Shown: positions 1 through 10,725, numbered from the stretch's first letter. The stretch: DNA of 64,000 nt from Acidimicrobiales bacterium (GCA_963668565.2 CAXXMX010000003.1:8932-72931), one strand, 5' to 3'. Notes: generated from the letters alone by a model not told the origin. Numbers and translations: made by a program.

Positions 1-435
1 AGTTGACCGAAGGCACGGGCGGAGCGGCTAGTGGTGTGTGCACACACGTTCGCGCGGGTCGCTCAGTGCCACCATGTCCCCGTGATCCCCTCAGCGGCGG
101 CCGTTGGCGCTCTCCCCGTCCGAACGCGCTCCGGGCCCGCCTTCGGGAGTTTGTGGGCACTGCACGACGGGACTGGCGCGTGCTTGGCCGCGGGCTTGGA
201 GAGCCTCTTGCCGACGCGAGGTCTCAAGAGGGGATACACCTCACCGGAAGTTCAGATGTGACATCGGTCACACCGGGTGGCGCGGTTCGCGTGCGGTGAC
301 CCGTCCGAGAGGCAGAGCCCGCTGACCTGGGGTTTTGATGGGACTTCCAGGCCCGATCCCGGCAGGCACCCGAACGCGAACCCACCCAGACACAGAAGAA
401 TACATACATCCGTTGGTGATCTGTCCTACACATAC

Positions 436-441
436 TATAAT
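436..441 (+). promoter_or_regulatory. Candidate -10 box (TATAAT) for the HNH gene
   Basis: Perfect TATAAT in an AT-richer patch about 90 bp upstream of ATG 532. Confidence 0.4.
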
Positions 442-531
442 GTGGTGACAAGCAATCAACACGTGACAGCCGGCCGGAAGAGGACCGGTCGGGGACAATC
501 CGGAGCGCTTTCGAGAGGGGGTGATGAACCG

Positions 532-2082
532 ATGGGTGGCGATGCGATGCGGGACGCTGCGATGGGTGAGTGGGCGGTGCTGGCTGAGTGGCAGGCGTCG
601 CCGGTCTCGCTGGTGGGAGTCGACCTTGCTGTGTTGCGTGGGCGTTTGCGTCTCGTGGGGCGGGCGAGGGCGTCCCTCGCCGCGTTCGAGGCCGACCTCG
701 TTGGTGAGATCACCCGCCAGGAGGGCGAAGCGAAAGCGGAGGAGATCCTGCGCCGTGACCAGAAGCGCTCGCTGGCCGGCGCCCGCAAGGCGGTCAAGGT
801 CGCGGCGCAACTGGAATGGATGCCCGGCGTGGCCGAGAAGCTCGCGGAGGGCGCCATCACCGCCGAGGCTGCGAGCCTGATCGCCGAAGCCGCCGGGGAG
901 ACCCCCGTCGACCAGAACTTCCTACTCGACGCCGCCGAGAACGAGGCCGACGACCTGTTCCGGCGCACGCTGAAGAACCACATCAACGAACGCACCAACA
1001 ACGAGGAACTCCAAGCCCGCCGCGACCGCCAGCGCCGCCGGCGTCGCGCTTCGATCTCCGAACAACCCGACGGCATGTTCAACCTCTTCGCCCGCCTCGA
1101 TCCCCTCGCCGGAGCGCGGCTGCGCGGCGCCCTGTTCGCCAAAGCCGACGAACTGTTCCGCGCCGAGGACCCCCAACAACGCGCCACACCCCAACAGCGC
1201 CTCGCCGACGCCCTCGAACAACTCGCCTACAACCCCAACACCGCCAACGGCGGGCGACGCACCGACGCCGAACTCGTCGTCCTCGCCGACTACGACGCCG
1301 TCCACGACAAACTCGTGAACGCCGGCCTCGTCGACGGCACCCGCCTCACCGAAGCCGAAACCCTCGCCATCGCCTGCGACGCCAACATCCTGCCGGGCAT
1401 CTTCAACAAACACACCGGCAACATCATCCTCGGCCAAACCCGCCGCAAAGTCAGCCGCCGCCTCCGCAAACGCCTCACCATCCGCGACCGCGGCTGCATC
1501 GGCTGCGGCGCCCCAGACAAGATCTGCGAAGTCCACCACATCGAACACTGGCAAAACGGCGGGCCAACCACCTACCACAACACCTGCCTCCTCTGCTGGC
1601 GCTGCCACCACATCCGCGTCCACCACCACGGCGAACAAGTCACCCGCCACCCCAACGGCCACTACACCCTCCAACCACCAACCCACACCCCCCCACGCGC
1701 CGGACCGCCAAGCCCGCCAGACCGCGAACAAGAAGGCCCGCCAGACCCAGGACCGCCAACCCCACCCGACCCGGCAACGCGACACGCACCGCCAACCCCA
1801 CCCGACCCAGCAACCCGACAGGCACCGCCAACCCGACACGCACGCCGAACGGTGGACCCAGGCTCAGCGACCGCGGAGGGAGCGTTCGCCAGTCCTCTGT
1901 CCGCAAACCCTTGTAGGGGTGCGGCGAACGCCGTTGAGTCGGAGCACACGCGCAGCACTGCTGATGACACGCCCGATCGGATGCACTGGCCGGATTCCCG
2001 ACGCGACGAACGTTGGGGGACACGGCACAAGACAGTGGACCCCGGCCTTCGCCGGGACGACGGAGCAGTCCTCGAGGCATGA
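532..2082 (+). CDS. DUF222-domain HNH endonuclease (13E12/REP13E12-like)
   Basis: RDRGCIGCG...CEVHHIEHWQNGGPT..NTCLLCWRCHH HNH motif; helical N-terminal region; Pro-rich tail; start chosen at ATG 532. Confidence 0.85.
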   Translation: MGGDAMRDAAMGEWAVLAEWQASPVSLVGVDLAVLRGRLRLVGRARASLAAFEADLVGEITRQEGEAKAEEILRRDQKRSLAGARKAVKVAAQLEWMPGVAEKLAEGAITAEAASLIAEAAGETPVDQNFLLDAAENEADDLFRRTLKNHINERTNNEELQARRDRQRRRRRASISEQPDGMFNLFARLDPLAGARLRGALFAKADELFRAEDPQQRATPQQRLADALEQLAYNPNTANGGRRTDAELVVLADYDAVHDKLVNAGLVDGTRLTEAETLAIACDANILPGIFNKHTGNIILGQTRRKVSRRLRKRLTIRDRGCIGCGAPDKICEVHHIEHWQNGGPTTYHNTCLLCWRCHHIRVHHHGEQVTRHPNGHYTLQPPTHTPPRAGPPSPPDREQEGPPDPGPPTPPDPATRHAPPTPPDPATRQAPPTRHARRTVDPGSATAEGAFASPLSANPCRGAANAVESEHTRSTADDTPDRMHWPDSRRDERWGTRHKTVDPGLRRDDGAVLEA

Positions 2083-2249
2083 AGACGCGAGGACACAATC
2101 AGCTAGACAGTGCACCCCGGCCTTCGCCGGGACGACGAGAGAGAGGCCGGAATGACGAACGGCGGGGCCGGAATGACCGACGGCGGGGCCGGAATGACCG
2201 ACGGCGGGGCCGGAATGACCGACGGCGGGACCGGAATGACGAACGGACG
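2031..2249. repeat. REP-like palindromes plus a 21-bp tandem array
   Basis: gacagtg(g/c)accccggccttcgccgggacgac at 2031 and 2106; five copies of ggccggaatgac(c/g)(g/a)acggcgg at 2145-2249. Confidence 0.85.
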
Positions 2250-2291
2250 GGTCAGGACGGCCCGCAGGATGACTCGATCAGAGGAGCGACG

Positions 2292-3209
2292 ATGACACAC
2301 CAACCCCTGGTGGGCGTGGAGCCGGATTGCTGGCGGAGCGAGTCGCTGGCCGTGGCCGTGGCCGCCGGCGGGGGCGTCGTCGTACCGGCAGCCGAGGCAG
2401 AGGCGCTGATCTGGGCGGATCCGGACAACCCCGACCTGCTCGGCCCGGTGCTCGAAGCGGCGCCACAGCTGCGCTGGATCCAGTTGCCGTATGCCGGTAT
2501 CGAGCCGTATCTGCGGTTCATCGACGGCGACCGCCTCTGGACCTGCGGCAAGGGCGTGTACGCCGAGCCCGTGGCAGAGCTGGCACTGAGCCTGCTGCTG
2601 GCCGGCATGCGCGGCCTCACCACCTACCTGCCGGCCCGGCAGTGGCTTGGACCGGAGGGCCGCAACCTGCGCGGCGCCGCGGTGACAATCCTCGGTGGAG
2701 GGGGCATCACCGTCGTGTTGTTGAAGCTGCTGGAACCGTTCGACTGCGACGTTACGGTGCTGCGCCGCCACCCGGATCCGCTCCCGGGCGCGACGGTGGT
2801 CGGCCCCGCAGGGCTCACCGATGCGCTCGCCGGTGCGGACGCGGTCGTCGTGGCGCTGGCACTGACCGCCGAGACGAGGGGCATCATCAACGCCGCCGCG
2901 CTGGACGTGATGCTCGAGCACTGCTGGCTCGTCAACGTGGCACGGGGCGAGCACGTCGTGACCGATGATCTGGTCGCAGCGCTTCGAACGGGGAGCATTG
3001 CCGGCGCGGGACTGGACGTCACCCACCCAGAGCCGCTCCCCGACGGCCACCCGCTCTGGGACCTGCCGAACTGCATCATCACGCCGCACGTGGGCAACAC
3101 CCCGGAGATGGGGCTGGCGCTGCTGGACCGCCGGGTGACCGAGAACGTTCGTCGATTCGGGGCGGCAGAGCCGCTTCTGGGACCGGTGAACGCGGCGCTC
3201 GGCTACTGA
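2292..3209 (+). CDS. D-isomer-specific 2-hydroxyacid dehydrogenase
   Basis: LGGGGI Rossmann loop, NVARG, LDVTHPEPLP, ITPH motifs; GAGGAG RBS. Confidence 0.9.
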   Translation: MTHQPLVGVEPDCWRSESLAVAVAAGGGVVVPAAEAEALIWADPDNPDLLGPVLEAAPQLRWIQLPYAGIEPYLRFIDGDRLWTCGKGVYAEPVAELALSLLLAGMRGLTTYLPARQWLGPEGRNLRGAAVTILGGGGITVVLLKLLEPFDCDVTVLRRHPDPLPGATVVGPAGLTDALAGADAVVVALALTAETRGIINAAALDVMLEHCWLVNVARGEHVVTDDLVAALRTGSIAGAGLDVTHPEPLPDGHPLWDLPNCIITPHVGNTPEMGLALLDRRVTENVRRFGAAEPLLGPVNAALGY

Positions 3210-3237
3210 GCCGGCGCGGGCGCCGAGGCCGGTGGCG

Positions 3238-4605
3238 CTACGGCTCCGACGCGACGCGCACCTCGACCAGGCGGCTGGCGCCACCGTCGTGGCGGATGAC
3301 CCGCAGGGCGCGCCCACCGACGGCGTGCCGGTTGGGGCCGAACGTTGCCGTGTCCGTCCACAGTTCCACAGCATCGAAGCGTTCGATGTCGGCGGCCAGG
3401 ACGGCCGGGTCGAGGCTCCCGGTGCGTTGCGCGGCCCGGATGAAGATCCAGAGCGCCTCCGCGCCGGTCACCGCCCAGCCCACACGGTCGTCCACGACCG
3501 CCTCGACCGCCTCGCTCGCAACCTGATCGCCGGCCTCCTGATCTCCGGCGGAGCGCTCGCGGCGGAGATCGCCGGTGATGATGGAGGCGAAGTAGGCGTT
3601 CACCTGGTTGCTGAGGTCGTCGCCGTAGGTGGATGCCTCGCTGATCACCACCAGAGGTTCGTACCCCGGGATTCCGTAGCGCAGAGCGGCACCATCCAGA
3701 GCCGCCGAGGCCAGGACCGGCGTCATGACTCCCGCCGACCGTAGGAACTCGAAGACCTCCGCACCGCGGCCGCCGACGGCGGCACAGATGACCGCCATCG
3801 GGTAGCCGGACACCGGCGATAGCGCAAGGGCGGTCGCGTCCGCCCCGACGATGGGCTGCGCGCCAATCCAGTGGCGGTCGAACCGGAACGAGAACCCGAC
3901 CGATCCCCCGAGTTCGGCGAACCGACTGTCGAACGCGTCGCACATTTGCACCGCCTCGTCGTTATCGGTCTCGACCAGGGTCGCCACCGAGCGGATCCCG
4001 GCATCGACGGCGTGCTCGGCCATCACCCGCCCGTAGGCCGCCGCGGGGGTTCCGGCCGAGAAGATCAGGGCCCGCACGCCGACGCCGGCCCGCCGGGGCT
4101 CCGGCCCGCACGGGATGATCACGAGCACGCCGGCGCGCCCCGCCTCCTCCAGGATCGGTCGGCTGAAGTAGGGGTCGCACGTGGCGAAGATCACCGGAAC
4201 ATCCCTTTCGACGAGCCGGCGCGCCGCCTGGTAGGCCCCGTTGAGTTCCGAGCGGGAGTCCGCGTACACAATCTCCAGAGGCCTCCCCTGCAACCCTCCG
4301 GAGGCGTTCACCTGGCGTACTGCGTACTGAAGGACGTCGAGGACCGGCCCGTCGTGCGACGCCAGCCGGCCCGTGGTCGCCATGATCACGCCGATGCGGA
4401 CGGGCTCGGCACCGCCGGGCACCGCAGGCGGCGGTGGAGCGCCGGTCGGAGCCGCCACCGGCGCGGCTCCCGTGTCCTCCCGCGCCGCTTCAACCTCGGG
4501 GGCGGTTCCACCGTTGGGTTCGACCCCCGAGGGGTCCACCGCGCAGGCCGCGGCCACCAGGACCGCCGCCGTCAGAACTGCCGCGGCTCCGAAGCGGCTG
4601 CGCAC
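3238..4605 (-). CDS. ABC transporter substrate-binding lipoprotein (branched-chain amino acid/LivJ-like fold)
   Basis: Lipobox VAAAC; VRIGVIMATTG...VNASGGLQGRPLEIVYADS. Confidence 0.8.
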   Translation of the reverse strand: MRSRFGAAAVLTAAVLVAAACAVDPSGVEPNGGTAPEVEAAREDTGAAPVAAPTGAPPPPAVPGGAEPVRIGVIMATTGRLASHDGPVLDVLQYAVRQVNASGGLQGRPLEIVYADSRSELNGAYQAARRLVERDVPVIFATCDPYFSRPILEEAGRAGVLVIIPCGPEPRRAGVGVRALIFSAGTPAAAYGRVMAEHAVDAGIRSVATLVETDNDEAVQMCDAFDSRFAELGGSVGFSFRFDRHWIGAQPIVGADATALALSPVSGYPMAVICAAVGGRGAEVFEFLRSAGVMTPVLASAALDGAALRYGIPGYEPLVVISEASTYGDDLSNQVNAYFASIITGDLRRERSAGDQEAGDQVASEAVEAVVDDRVGWAVTGAEALWIFIRAAQRTGSLDPAVLAADIERFDAVELWTDTATFGPNRHAVGGRALRVIRHDGGASRLVEVRVASEP

Positions 4606-4689
4606 GGAACGCAGGTTACGTCGGCGGGCTTGTTCGGGTGGGCCGAGCGGCCGGTCGCGTTCTGGCGCGGGGCCCGATCGCGACCGCCG

Positions 4690-5694
4690 TCAGCTCGAGA
4701 CCAGCGCTCGCAGCGACTGGCGCAACGAACCTGCGGTGGCAAAGACCGCGGAGGGTTCGTAGCCGCAGTGCGCCATGCAACCGGCGCAGCGCTCGTCGCG
4801 CCCTCGCCCGTACTGATCCCAGTCGGTCTCCTCGATCAGTTCCCGGTAGGTCTCGGCGTACCCGTCAGCCATCAGGTAGCAGGGCCGCTGCCAACCGAAC
4901 ACCGAGTAGCTCGGGATTCCCCAAGGGGTGCACTGGAAGTCGACCTTCCCTTCCAGGAAGTCCAGGAACAGCGGCGAGTGGTTGAGGCGCCACTTCTTGC
5001 GCCGCCCATCGGCGAAGCTCTCACGGAAGAGTTTGCGGGTCTGCTCGACCTGCAGGAAGTGCTCCTGATCGGGGGCCTTCTCGTAGGCATACCCCGGCGA
5101 GATCATGAGCGAGTCGACACCGAGGTCGTCGTTGAGGAAGTCCAGCACGCCGCGCACCGACTCCGGCGTGTCGGTGGTGAAGAACGTGCTGTTGGTGGTG
5201 ACGCGGAATCCCCGCCGCTTGGCCTCCCGGATCGCCTCGACGACCTCGTCGAAGACGCCGTCGCGGGCCACGGCGATGTCGTGGCGATCACGCAGGCCGT
5301 CCACGTGCACCGCCCACGAGAAGTAGGGCGAGGGTTTGAACTGATCCATCTTGCGCCGCAGCAGGACACCGTTGGTGCACAGGTAGACGAAGCGCTTGCG
5401 CTCGAGCAGCGCCCGCACGATCTCGGGCATCTGCGGGTGCAGCAGGGGCTCGCCGCCGGCGATGGACACCATCGGCGCCCCGCACTCCTCCATGGCCGAC
5501 ACGCAGTCCTCGACGCTGAGGCGCTTGCGGAGGATCTCGGTGGGATGCTGGATCTTGCCGCATCCGGGGCATTCCAGGTTGCAGGCGAACAGCGGCTCCA
5601 TCTCCACGATGATCGGGTACTTGGTGCGCCCACGGAGCTTGTTGTTGAACATGTAGAGGCCCACGCGGGTGGCCTGTCGAAGCGGGATGCCCAT
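4690..5694 (-). CDS. hpnH: Adenosylhopane synthase, radical SAM
   Basis: EPLFACNLECPGCGKIQHP (CxxxCxxC); C-terminal CMAHCGYE; start overlaps upstream stop. Confidence 0.95.
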   Translation of the reverse strand: MGIPLRQATRVGLYMFNNKLRGRTKYPIIVEMEPLFACNLECPGCGKIQHPTEILRKRLSVEDCVSAMEECGAPMVSIAGGEPLLHPQMPEIVRALLERKRFVYLCTNGVLLRRKMDQFKPSPYFSWAVHVDGLRDRHDIAVARDGVFDEVVEAIREAKRRGFRVTTNSTFFTTDTPESVRGVLDFLNDDLGVDSLMISPGYAYEKAPDQEHFLQVEQTRKLFRESFADGRRKKWRLNHSPLFLDFLEGKVDFQCTPWGIPSYSVFGWQRPCYLMADGYAETYRELIEETDWDQYGRGRDERCAGCMAHCGYEPSAVFATAGSLRQSLRALVSS

Positions 5695-6323
5695 CAGCGA
5701 ATACCTCCAGAGGCTGCATTCTCCAGCCCTCGACGAATGTCCTGCCCGAGAAATGCCTCCCGGGCGTCCAACGTTTGGGCGATGCGGGAAAGCACCACCA
5801 GGCTGCGGCGCACCCGCCACGGTAGCGACAGCGACACCAACTCCGCTCGGGGAGCGTCACAGATGACCCTGACCACCGCAAGCGGCCGCGGCTCGGCCGC
5901 CAGTAGCCACCACGACTCCATGTCCACAGCCAGGGTTCCGTCGGTGGCGAGGCTGTGCCGCCCCGCACCGCGCACAGGATGGGAGACGGAGCGCACAGGC
6001 CCCCGAACCGCAGCGATGCCTGCGGTTTGCAGCCGGGAAACGATCGCCTCGGAGGCGGGACCCCAGATCGGGTGATCGGGACCGGGACCACGCACGGTGT
6101 CCGCCACGATCACGTCGCCCGGTGCCAGGTCGTCGGTGATCGCGCCACCGAGGCCCAGCACAACCGCACCGGCGTGGGCCTGCTCGCCGGCGGCGCCGCG
6201 GCGGTCGGCGAACGCCGCCGCCCGCCGCGGTCCGGCGCCGGTGCGCGCCACGATGGCCGAGCGAGCCGCTCGGCGCGCCGCCGACGCCTCGAGGCGCAAG
6301 GGACACCAGATCTCGAGACTCAC
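5694..6323 (-). CDS. hpnG: Hopanoid-associated nucleoside phosphorylase-like protein
   Basis: GLGGA..LAPGDVIVAD and AVDMES motifs of the PNP/MTA fold; lies between shc and hpnH; GTGA overlap. Confidence 0.75.
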   Translation of the reverse strand: MSLEIWCPLRLEASAARRAARSAIVARTGAGPRRAAAFADRRGAAGEQAHAGAVVLGLGGAITDDLAPGDVIVADTVRGPGPDHPIWGPASEAIVSRLQTAGIAAVRGPVRSVSHPVRGAGRHSLATDGTLAVDMESWWLLAAEPRPLAVVRVICDAPRAELVSLSLPWRVRRSLVVLSRIAQTLDAREAFLGQDIRRGLENAASGGIR

Positions 6324-8287
6324 CGCGGCGGTCCCTCCCCCACGGTGGTGCGCAGGTACCGTCCCAGCGCCATGGTCGGGAAGATCTGCCGGTAGAGGTG
6401 GTAGTTGATGTAGAAGTAGCCTTGGAAGCCGGTGCCCGTGTACTGGGGTTCGTCCCACGTGCCGTCGGCCCGGCAGGTGCGGGCCAGCCATTCGACGCCA
6501 CGGCGGGTCGGTTCGCCGTACTCGTCGGCGGCCATGAGCGCCAGCAAGGCCCAGGCTGTCTGCGAGGCGGTGGGGTCGCCCCGGCCCCGCCAACTGTCGG
6601 AGTCGTAGGACCGCAGGTCCTCACCCCATCCACCGTCGGGTCCCTGCGTGGCGTGCAACCAGCGCACGGCGCGCCGGATGCGACGGTCGCTGGGCGGTAT
6701 ACCCACGGCCCGCAGCGCCGGCAGAACGGCGCCGAGCCCATAGAGGTGGTTCACTCCCCACCGTCCGAACCACGAGCCGTCGGCCTCCTGGTTGAGCCAC
6801 AGCCAATCCACCGCGCGTCGCAGGCGTCGGCCGTCCACCGGGATGTCGGTGTGGGCGCGGACCCAGCACAGCATCTCCACCACATGCGCCGTGACGTCGG
6901 AACTCGGCGGATCGATGACCTCGCCGAAGTCACAGAACGGCAACTGCTCGCACAGTCGCCGGACGTTGTCGGCGTCGAACGCCGCGTAGCCGCCGTCGCT
7001 GGACTGCATTCCCTCGGCCCAGGCAACCCCGCGTGCGATCGCCGCGGCCGCCCGCTCGGGGTCCGACGCCTCCGCCTGACCCAATGCCAGCACGACCTCG
7101 GCGGTGTCGTCGAGGTCGGGGTAGTTGTCGTTGTGGAACTCGAACGCCCAGCCTCCCGGCGCGAGTCCGGGGCGGCGGGCCGCCCAGTCGCCGCGTACCT
7201 GGACCTCCTCGTCCACCAGCCAGTCCGCCGCTGCCACCATCGCCGGATCGTCGCGGCGCAGTCCGGCGTCGCCGAGCGCCACGACCGCCAGCGCCGTGTC
7301 CCAGACCGGAGACTGGCAGCACTCCATCCAGCGCATGTCCCCCTCACGAACCTCGAACTTGTCGAAGCCCGCCAGAGCCCGGGCCAGGACGGGGTGATCC
7401 AGCGGGTAGCCGCGCAGGTGCAGCGCGATGATCGAGTACACCCACGGCGGTTGGATGCCTCCCCAGCAGCCGTCGGCCTCCTGGCGGCGGATGATCCACT
7501 GCTCGGCGAGCTTCATGGACATCTCCCGCAGCCGCCACAGGGGTCGGTAGTGGTACTTCTGCAGCAGCTTGTCGAAGCGCTGGAACAGCCCTCCGGGGGT
7601 GTTGATCGGCCGCCGGCGGCGCTCGGGCGGTAGCTCCCCGGTGCGCAACTCGTCCAGCGAGATATCGATGTCAGCACGCGGCCGGTAGGTGCTCACGATC
7701 GTCAGCGGAACGATCGTCTGACGCGCCCAGCAACCGAAGTCGTAGATGTTCAGCGGGATCCAACGGGGCAGGAGGATCAGTTCGGGGGGAATGGCGGGCA
7801 ACTCCTGCCACGACCACGCGCCGAACAGGGCCAACCAGAGCCGCGTGAACACGCGCGAGTGCTCCAGCCCGCCGAGGTCGCGCACGAACTCCGCCGCCAG
7901 GCGCATGTGCTCGGCGTCGGTGCTGTCGCCGGCGAGGCGCAGCGCCGCGTAGGCCTCGACGGTCAGGGACAGGTTGGAGGGTCCTCCGTAGTGGGACGAC
8001 CAGCCCCCGTCGGCGCACTGCTTCGACCGGATCCAGTTCGCCGTGAGAGCCAGGACGTCGTCGTCCAGAATGCCCAGGAAGGCACGAAGCAGGAGGTCCT
8101 CGGACTCGATGGCGACGTTGGTCTCCAGCTCGCCCTTCCACCAGCCGGCGTCGTCCTGCATACCCAGCAGCGCATCGGTCGACCTGCTGAGGGCGTCGGC
8201 CGCCTTACGCTCGAGTTCGCCGGCAGCCTCCGCCGAGGAGACCCACGGCAGCGCAGGCAGCGATCGTCTCGCCATGGTCATACCCAA
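6320..8287 (-). CDS. shc: Squalene-hopene cyclase
   Basis: YPDLDDTA (DxDD) motif; QW-type repeats (QEADGSWFGRWG, QEADGCWGG). Confidence 0.97.
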   Translation of the reverse strand: MGMTMARRSLPALPWVSSAEAAGELERKAADALSRSTDALLGMQDDAGWWKGELETNVAIESEDLLLRAFLGILDDDVLALTANWIRSKQCADGGWSSHYGGPSNLSLTVEAYAALRLAGDSTDAEHMRLAAEFVRDLGGLEHSRVFTRLWLALFGAWSWQELPAIPPELILLPRWIPLNIYDFGCWARQTIVPLTIVSTYRPRADIDISLDELRTGELPPERRRRPINTPGGLFQRFDKLLQKYHYRPLWRLREMSMKLAEQWIIRRQEADGCWGGIQPPWVYSIIALHLRGYPLDHPVLARALAGFDKFEVREGDMRWMECCQSPVWDTALAVVALGDAGLRRDDPAMVAAADWLVDEEVQVRGDWAARRPGLAPGGWAFEFHNDNYPDLDDTAEVVLALGQAEASDPERAAAAIARGVAWAEGMQSSDGGYAAFDADNVRRLCEQLPFCDFGEVIDPPSSDVTAHVVEMLCWVRAHTDIPVDGRRLRRAVDWLWLNQEADGSWFGRWGVNHLYGLGAVLPALRAVGIPPSDRRIRRAVRWLHATQGPDGGWGEDLRSYDSDSWRGRGDPTASQTAWALLALMAADEYGEPTRRGVEWLARTCRADGTWDEPQYTGTGFQGYFYINYHLYRQIFPTMALGRYLRTTVGEGPPR

Positions 8288-8296
8288 ACCTCCCGC

Positions 8297-9313
8297 TCAG
8301 AAATCCCGATCAACAATGAAGTCCGCCAACTCCTGCAGTTCGGCTGCCGCACCTGTATCGATCCCCGCCGAGGCCAAGGCCTCCGCGGCACGATGCATGC
8401 ACTCCCGCGCCGCCGCCGCGGTGACTGCACGACCGCCAACCTCTTCGATGAGGTCCGCCGCCCGGGCGATGTCGGCCTCGTCCAGGTGGGCGCGACCGTA
8501 GATGCCGGCCAGTTCCGCGGCGGCGGCGCCGTTCGAACTCAGGGCAACGGTGACGGGCAGCGAGCGCTTGCGCTCGCGCAGGTCGTTGCCGGCGGGCTTA
8601 CCCGTGATGGCGGGCTCCCCCCAGATGCCGAGCAGGTCGTCGATGGCCTGGAATCCCCGGCCCAACTCGTCGCCGAACCGGCGCAGGGCGGCAACGGTCG
8701 GCTCCGGCGCTCCGGCCAGGATCGCCCCGACCGCACTGGCGTGGGCCAGCAGGGCGCCCGTCTTCAGCGAGATCATCTCCCAGCAATCGGCCACCGACAC
8801 GTTGGCGCGGCCGTCCAGCGACATGTCCAGAGACTGCCCTGCGATCATGGCCGCCGTCGCCCGGGCCAAGTCGGCTGTGGCCGCCGCGCGGGCCGGTGTC
8901 GCCACGTCCAGCAGCACCTCGAACGCCAGGGCCATGACGGCGTCACCGACAATGATGGCGTGGTCGGTGCCGTAGACCTTCCACACCGTGGGACGGTGAC
9001 GGCGCTCGGCATCGTCGTCGACGATGTCATCGTGGATGAGGGAGTAGTTGTGCATCAGTTCCACCGCCACGCCGCCCGGGACGGCCACCTCGGGTGCCGC
9101 GCCGACCGCTTCGGCCGAGAGCACCGCCAGGGTGGAACGCACACCCTTGCCGCCGCTCGGAATGGCCGGCGCGGCGCCCTCGGGATCGGTCCAGCCGAAG
9201 TGATAGCGGACCGGGACGGCGAGTTCGGGCACCAGACGGTCGACTGCGGCACCGAGAGCGGGCTGCACGAGGGCACCGGCTCGCCCGAGTACCGCGGGAG
9301 CGGGGCGCTTCAT
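8297..9313 (-). CDS. Polyprenyl diphosphate synthase
   Basis: GKGVR, LIHDDIVD (FARM), FQAIDDLLG (SARM). Confidence 0.93.
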   Translation of the reverse strand: MKRPAPAVLGRAGALVQPALGAAVDRLVPELAVPVRYHFGWTDPEGAAPAIPSGGKGVRSTLAVLSAEAVGAAPEVAVPGGVAVELMHNYSLIHDDIVDDDAERRHRPTVWKVYGTDHAIIVGDAVMALAFEVLLDVATPARAAATADLARATAAMIAGQSLDMSLDGRANVSVADCWEMISLKTGALLAHASAVGAILAGAPEPTVAALRRFGDELGRGFQAIDDLLGIWGEPAITGKPAGNDLRERKRSLPVTVALSSNGAAAAELAGIYGRAHLDEADIARAADLIEEVGGRAVTAAAARECMHRAAEALASAGIDTGAAAELQELADFIVDRDF

Positions 9314-10725
9314 GCCGCCACCGCCGGCGCATCGGGGAGGTCAGCATGCGGCTCGGGGAGGTCAGCATGCGGCTCGGGCGGCGCCGGGGTCGCAGCCGCG
9401 AATTCGGTCGCCAGGCGTGCCGCTTCGACCCCGCTGCGCACCGCGCCCTCCATCGTGGCCGGCCAGCCCGTGTCGCACCAGGCGCCGGCCAGGAAGACGC
9501 CAGGCACGGCGGTGTGGCTGCCTGGGCGCAACGCGTGCGTTCCCGGCGTCCCGAAGAAGGTGGCCGCACGCTCGCGGGTGACGATCGAGTCGGTGACGCG
9601 GGCACCGGCGGCGGCGGGCAGCAGCCGGGCCATCTCCCCCTCGAAGTGCGCCACGAGATCGGGCGAGCGGCGACCGATGTAGGCCCTCGCCGCCGACAGG
9701 GAGATGGTCAGACACTGGCGTCCGTCATCGAGCCCCGACGCCTCGGTGTGGTCGAAGACGAACTCGACGTCGCTGCCCACGGTTGCGGCCATCGGCAGTT
9801 CCATCACCGGGCGGTCGTAGACCAAGTGCACGTTCAGGATCGGCGAGACGCCGAGATCACCGAGTCTCTCCTGGCCCGCCACGGTCCCCACCGGCAGCAG
9901 CCCCCCGGCGGCATCGTGGGGCACCGCCACCACGACCGCGTCGGCCTCGATCAGTCGACCGTCGGTCTCCACGACCGGTCGCCCGCCCGGGCCGGGCCGT
10001 ACGCCCCGCACCGCGGCACCCGCCGTGACCTCGGCCCCGGCTGCCTCGAGAGTCCTCCGCGCTGCGTCGCCGTGCAGCACCGACAGCGGCACCGTCGCCC
10101 AGCCGATGTCACCCGCGTCGGCGCGACTCAGCAACCCGGTCCTGAAGACCATCGCGGCCAGCTTGAGCGAGGCCTCGGCGGCCGGAACGTTCACCGTCGG
10201 CAGCACGATGAGATTCCACAGCGCCTCGACGGCGGCGGCGTCCTGACCGCGCGCCGCCAGCCAGTCACCGAACGTCGTCCGGTCCAGCGCTCGGTCGTCG
10301 GGGTCCAGCCGGCGCAACGCCACGGCGGCACGCATCACACCCAGGCGCCGACGCGCCGTCAGGTGCGGGTAGGTCAGCAGCGATGCGAGCAGGTGCATCG
10401 GGGCGGGGCCCGCGGTGCGGCGGATGGCACCGGCGGGACCACCGGGACGCAGCACCGGGACCTCCAGCCGCCTCTGCAGGCGGACGTTGCCGGCCGAACC
10501 GATCCGCTCGAGGAAGCGCCGGTAGGCACTGCAGCAGCGCATGAACACGTGCTGGCCGTTGTCGAAGGAGATGCCGCGGTGCTCGAACGACCAGGTCGCC
10601 CCGCCCAGGCGAGGCCGCCGTTCCAGCAGCGTCACCGCTGCGCCCCGGTCGGCAGCTTCGACGCCCGCGGCCAAGCCGGCGAGGCCGCCGCCGACCACCA
10701 CGACCCGCCGACGGTGACCGCTCAT
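9310..10725 (-). CDS. hpnE: Hydroxysqualene dehydroxylase
   Basis: VVVGGGLAG FAD loop, DNGQHVFMRCC, TGWPATMEGAVRSG. Confidence 0.92.
   Translation of the reverse strand: MSGHRRRVVVVGGGLAGLAAGVEAADRGAAVTLLERRPRLGGATWSFEHRGISFDNGQHVFMRCCSAYRRFLERIGSAGNVRLQRRLEVPVLRPGGPAGAIRRTAGPAPMHLLASLLTYPHLTARRRLGVMRAAVALRRLDPDDRALDRTTFGDWLAARGQDAAAVEALWNLIVLPTVNVPAAEASLKLAAMVFRTGLLSRADAGDIGWATVPLSVLHGDAARRTLEAAGAEVTAGAAVRGVRPGPGGRPVVETDGRLIEADAVVVAVPHDAAGGLLPVGTVAGQERLGDLGVSPILNVHLVYDRPVMELPMAATVGSDVEFVFDHTEASGLDDGRQCLTISLSAARAYIGRRSPDLVAHFEGEMARLLPAAAGARVTDSIVTRERAATFFGTPGTHALRPGSHTAVPGVFLAGAWCDTGWPATMEGAVRSGVEAARLATEFAAATPAPPEPHADLPEPHADLPDAPAVAA

Noticed and set aside
1753-1845. Short tandem duplications in coding tails (also 9334-9375 and about 33510-33580)
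   Set aside because: They are in-frame low-complexity linker expansions.
2145-2249. Possible CRISPR array
   Set aside because: The 21-bp units are contiguous, with no unique spacers and no cas genes.
3238-4605. Substrate-binding protein as a hopanoid transporter
   Set aside because: The fold is LivJ-like rather than HpnN/HpnM-like; adjacency is the only link.
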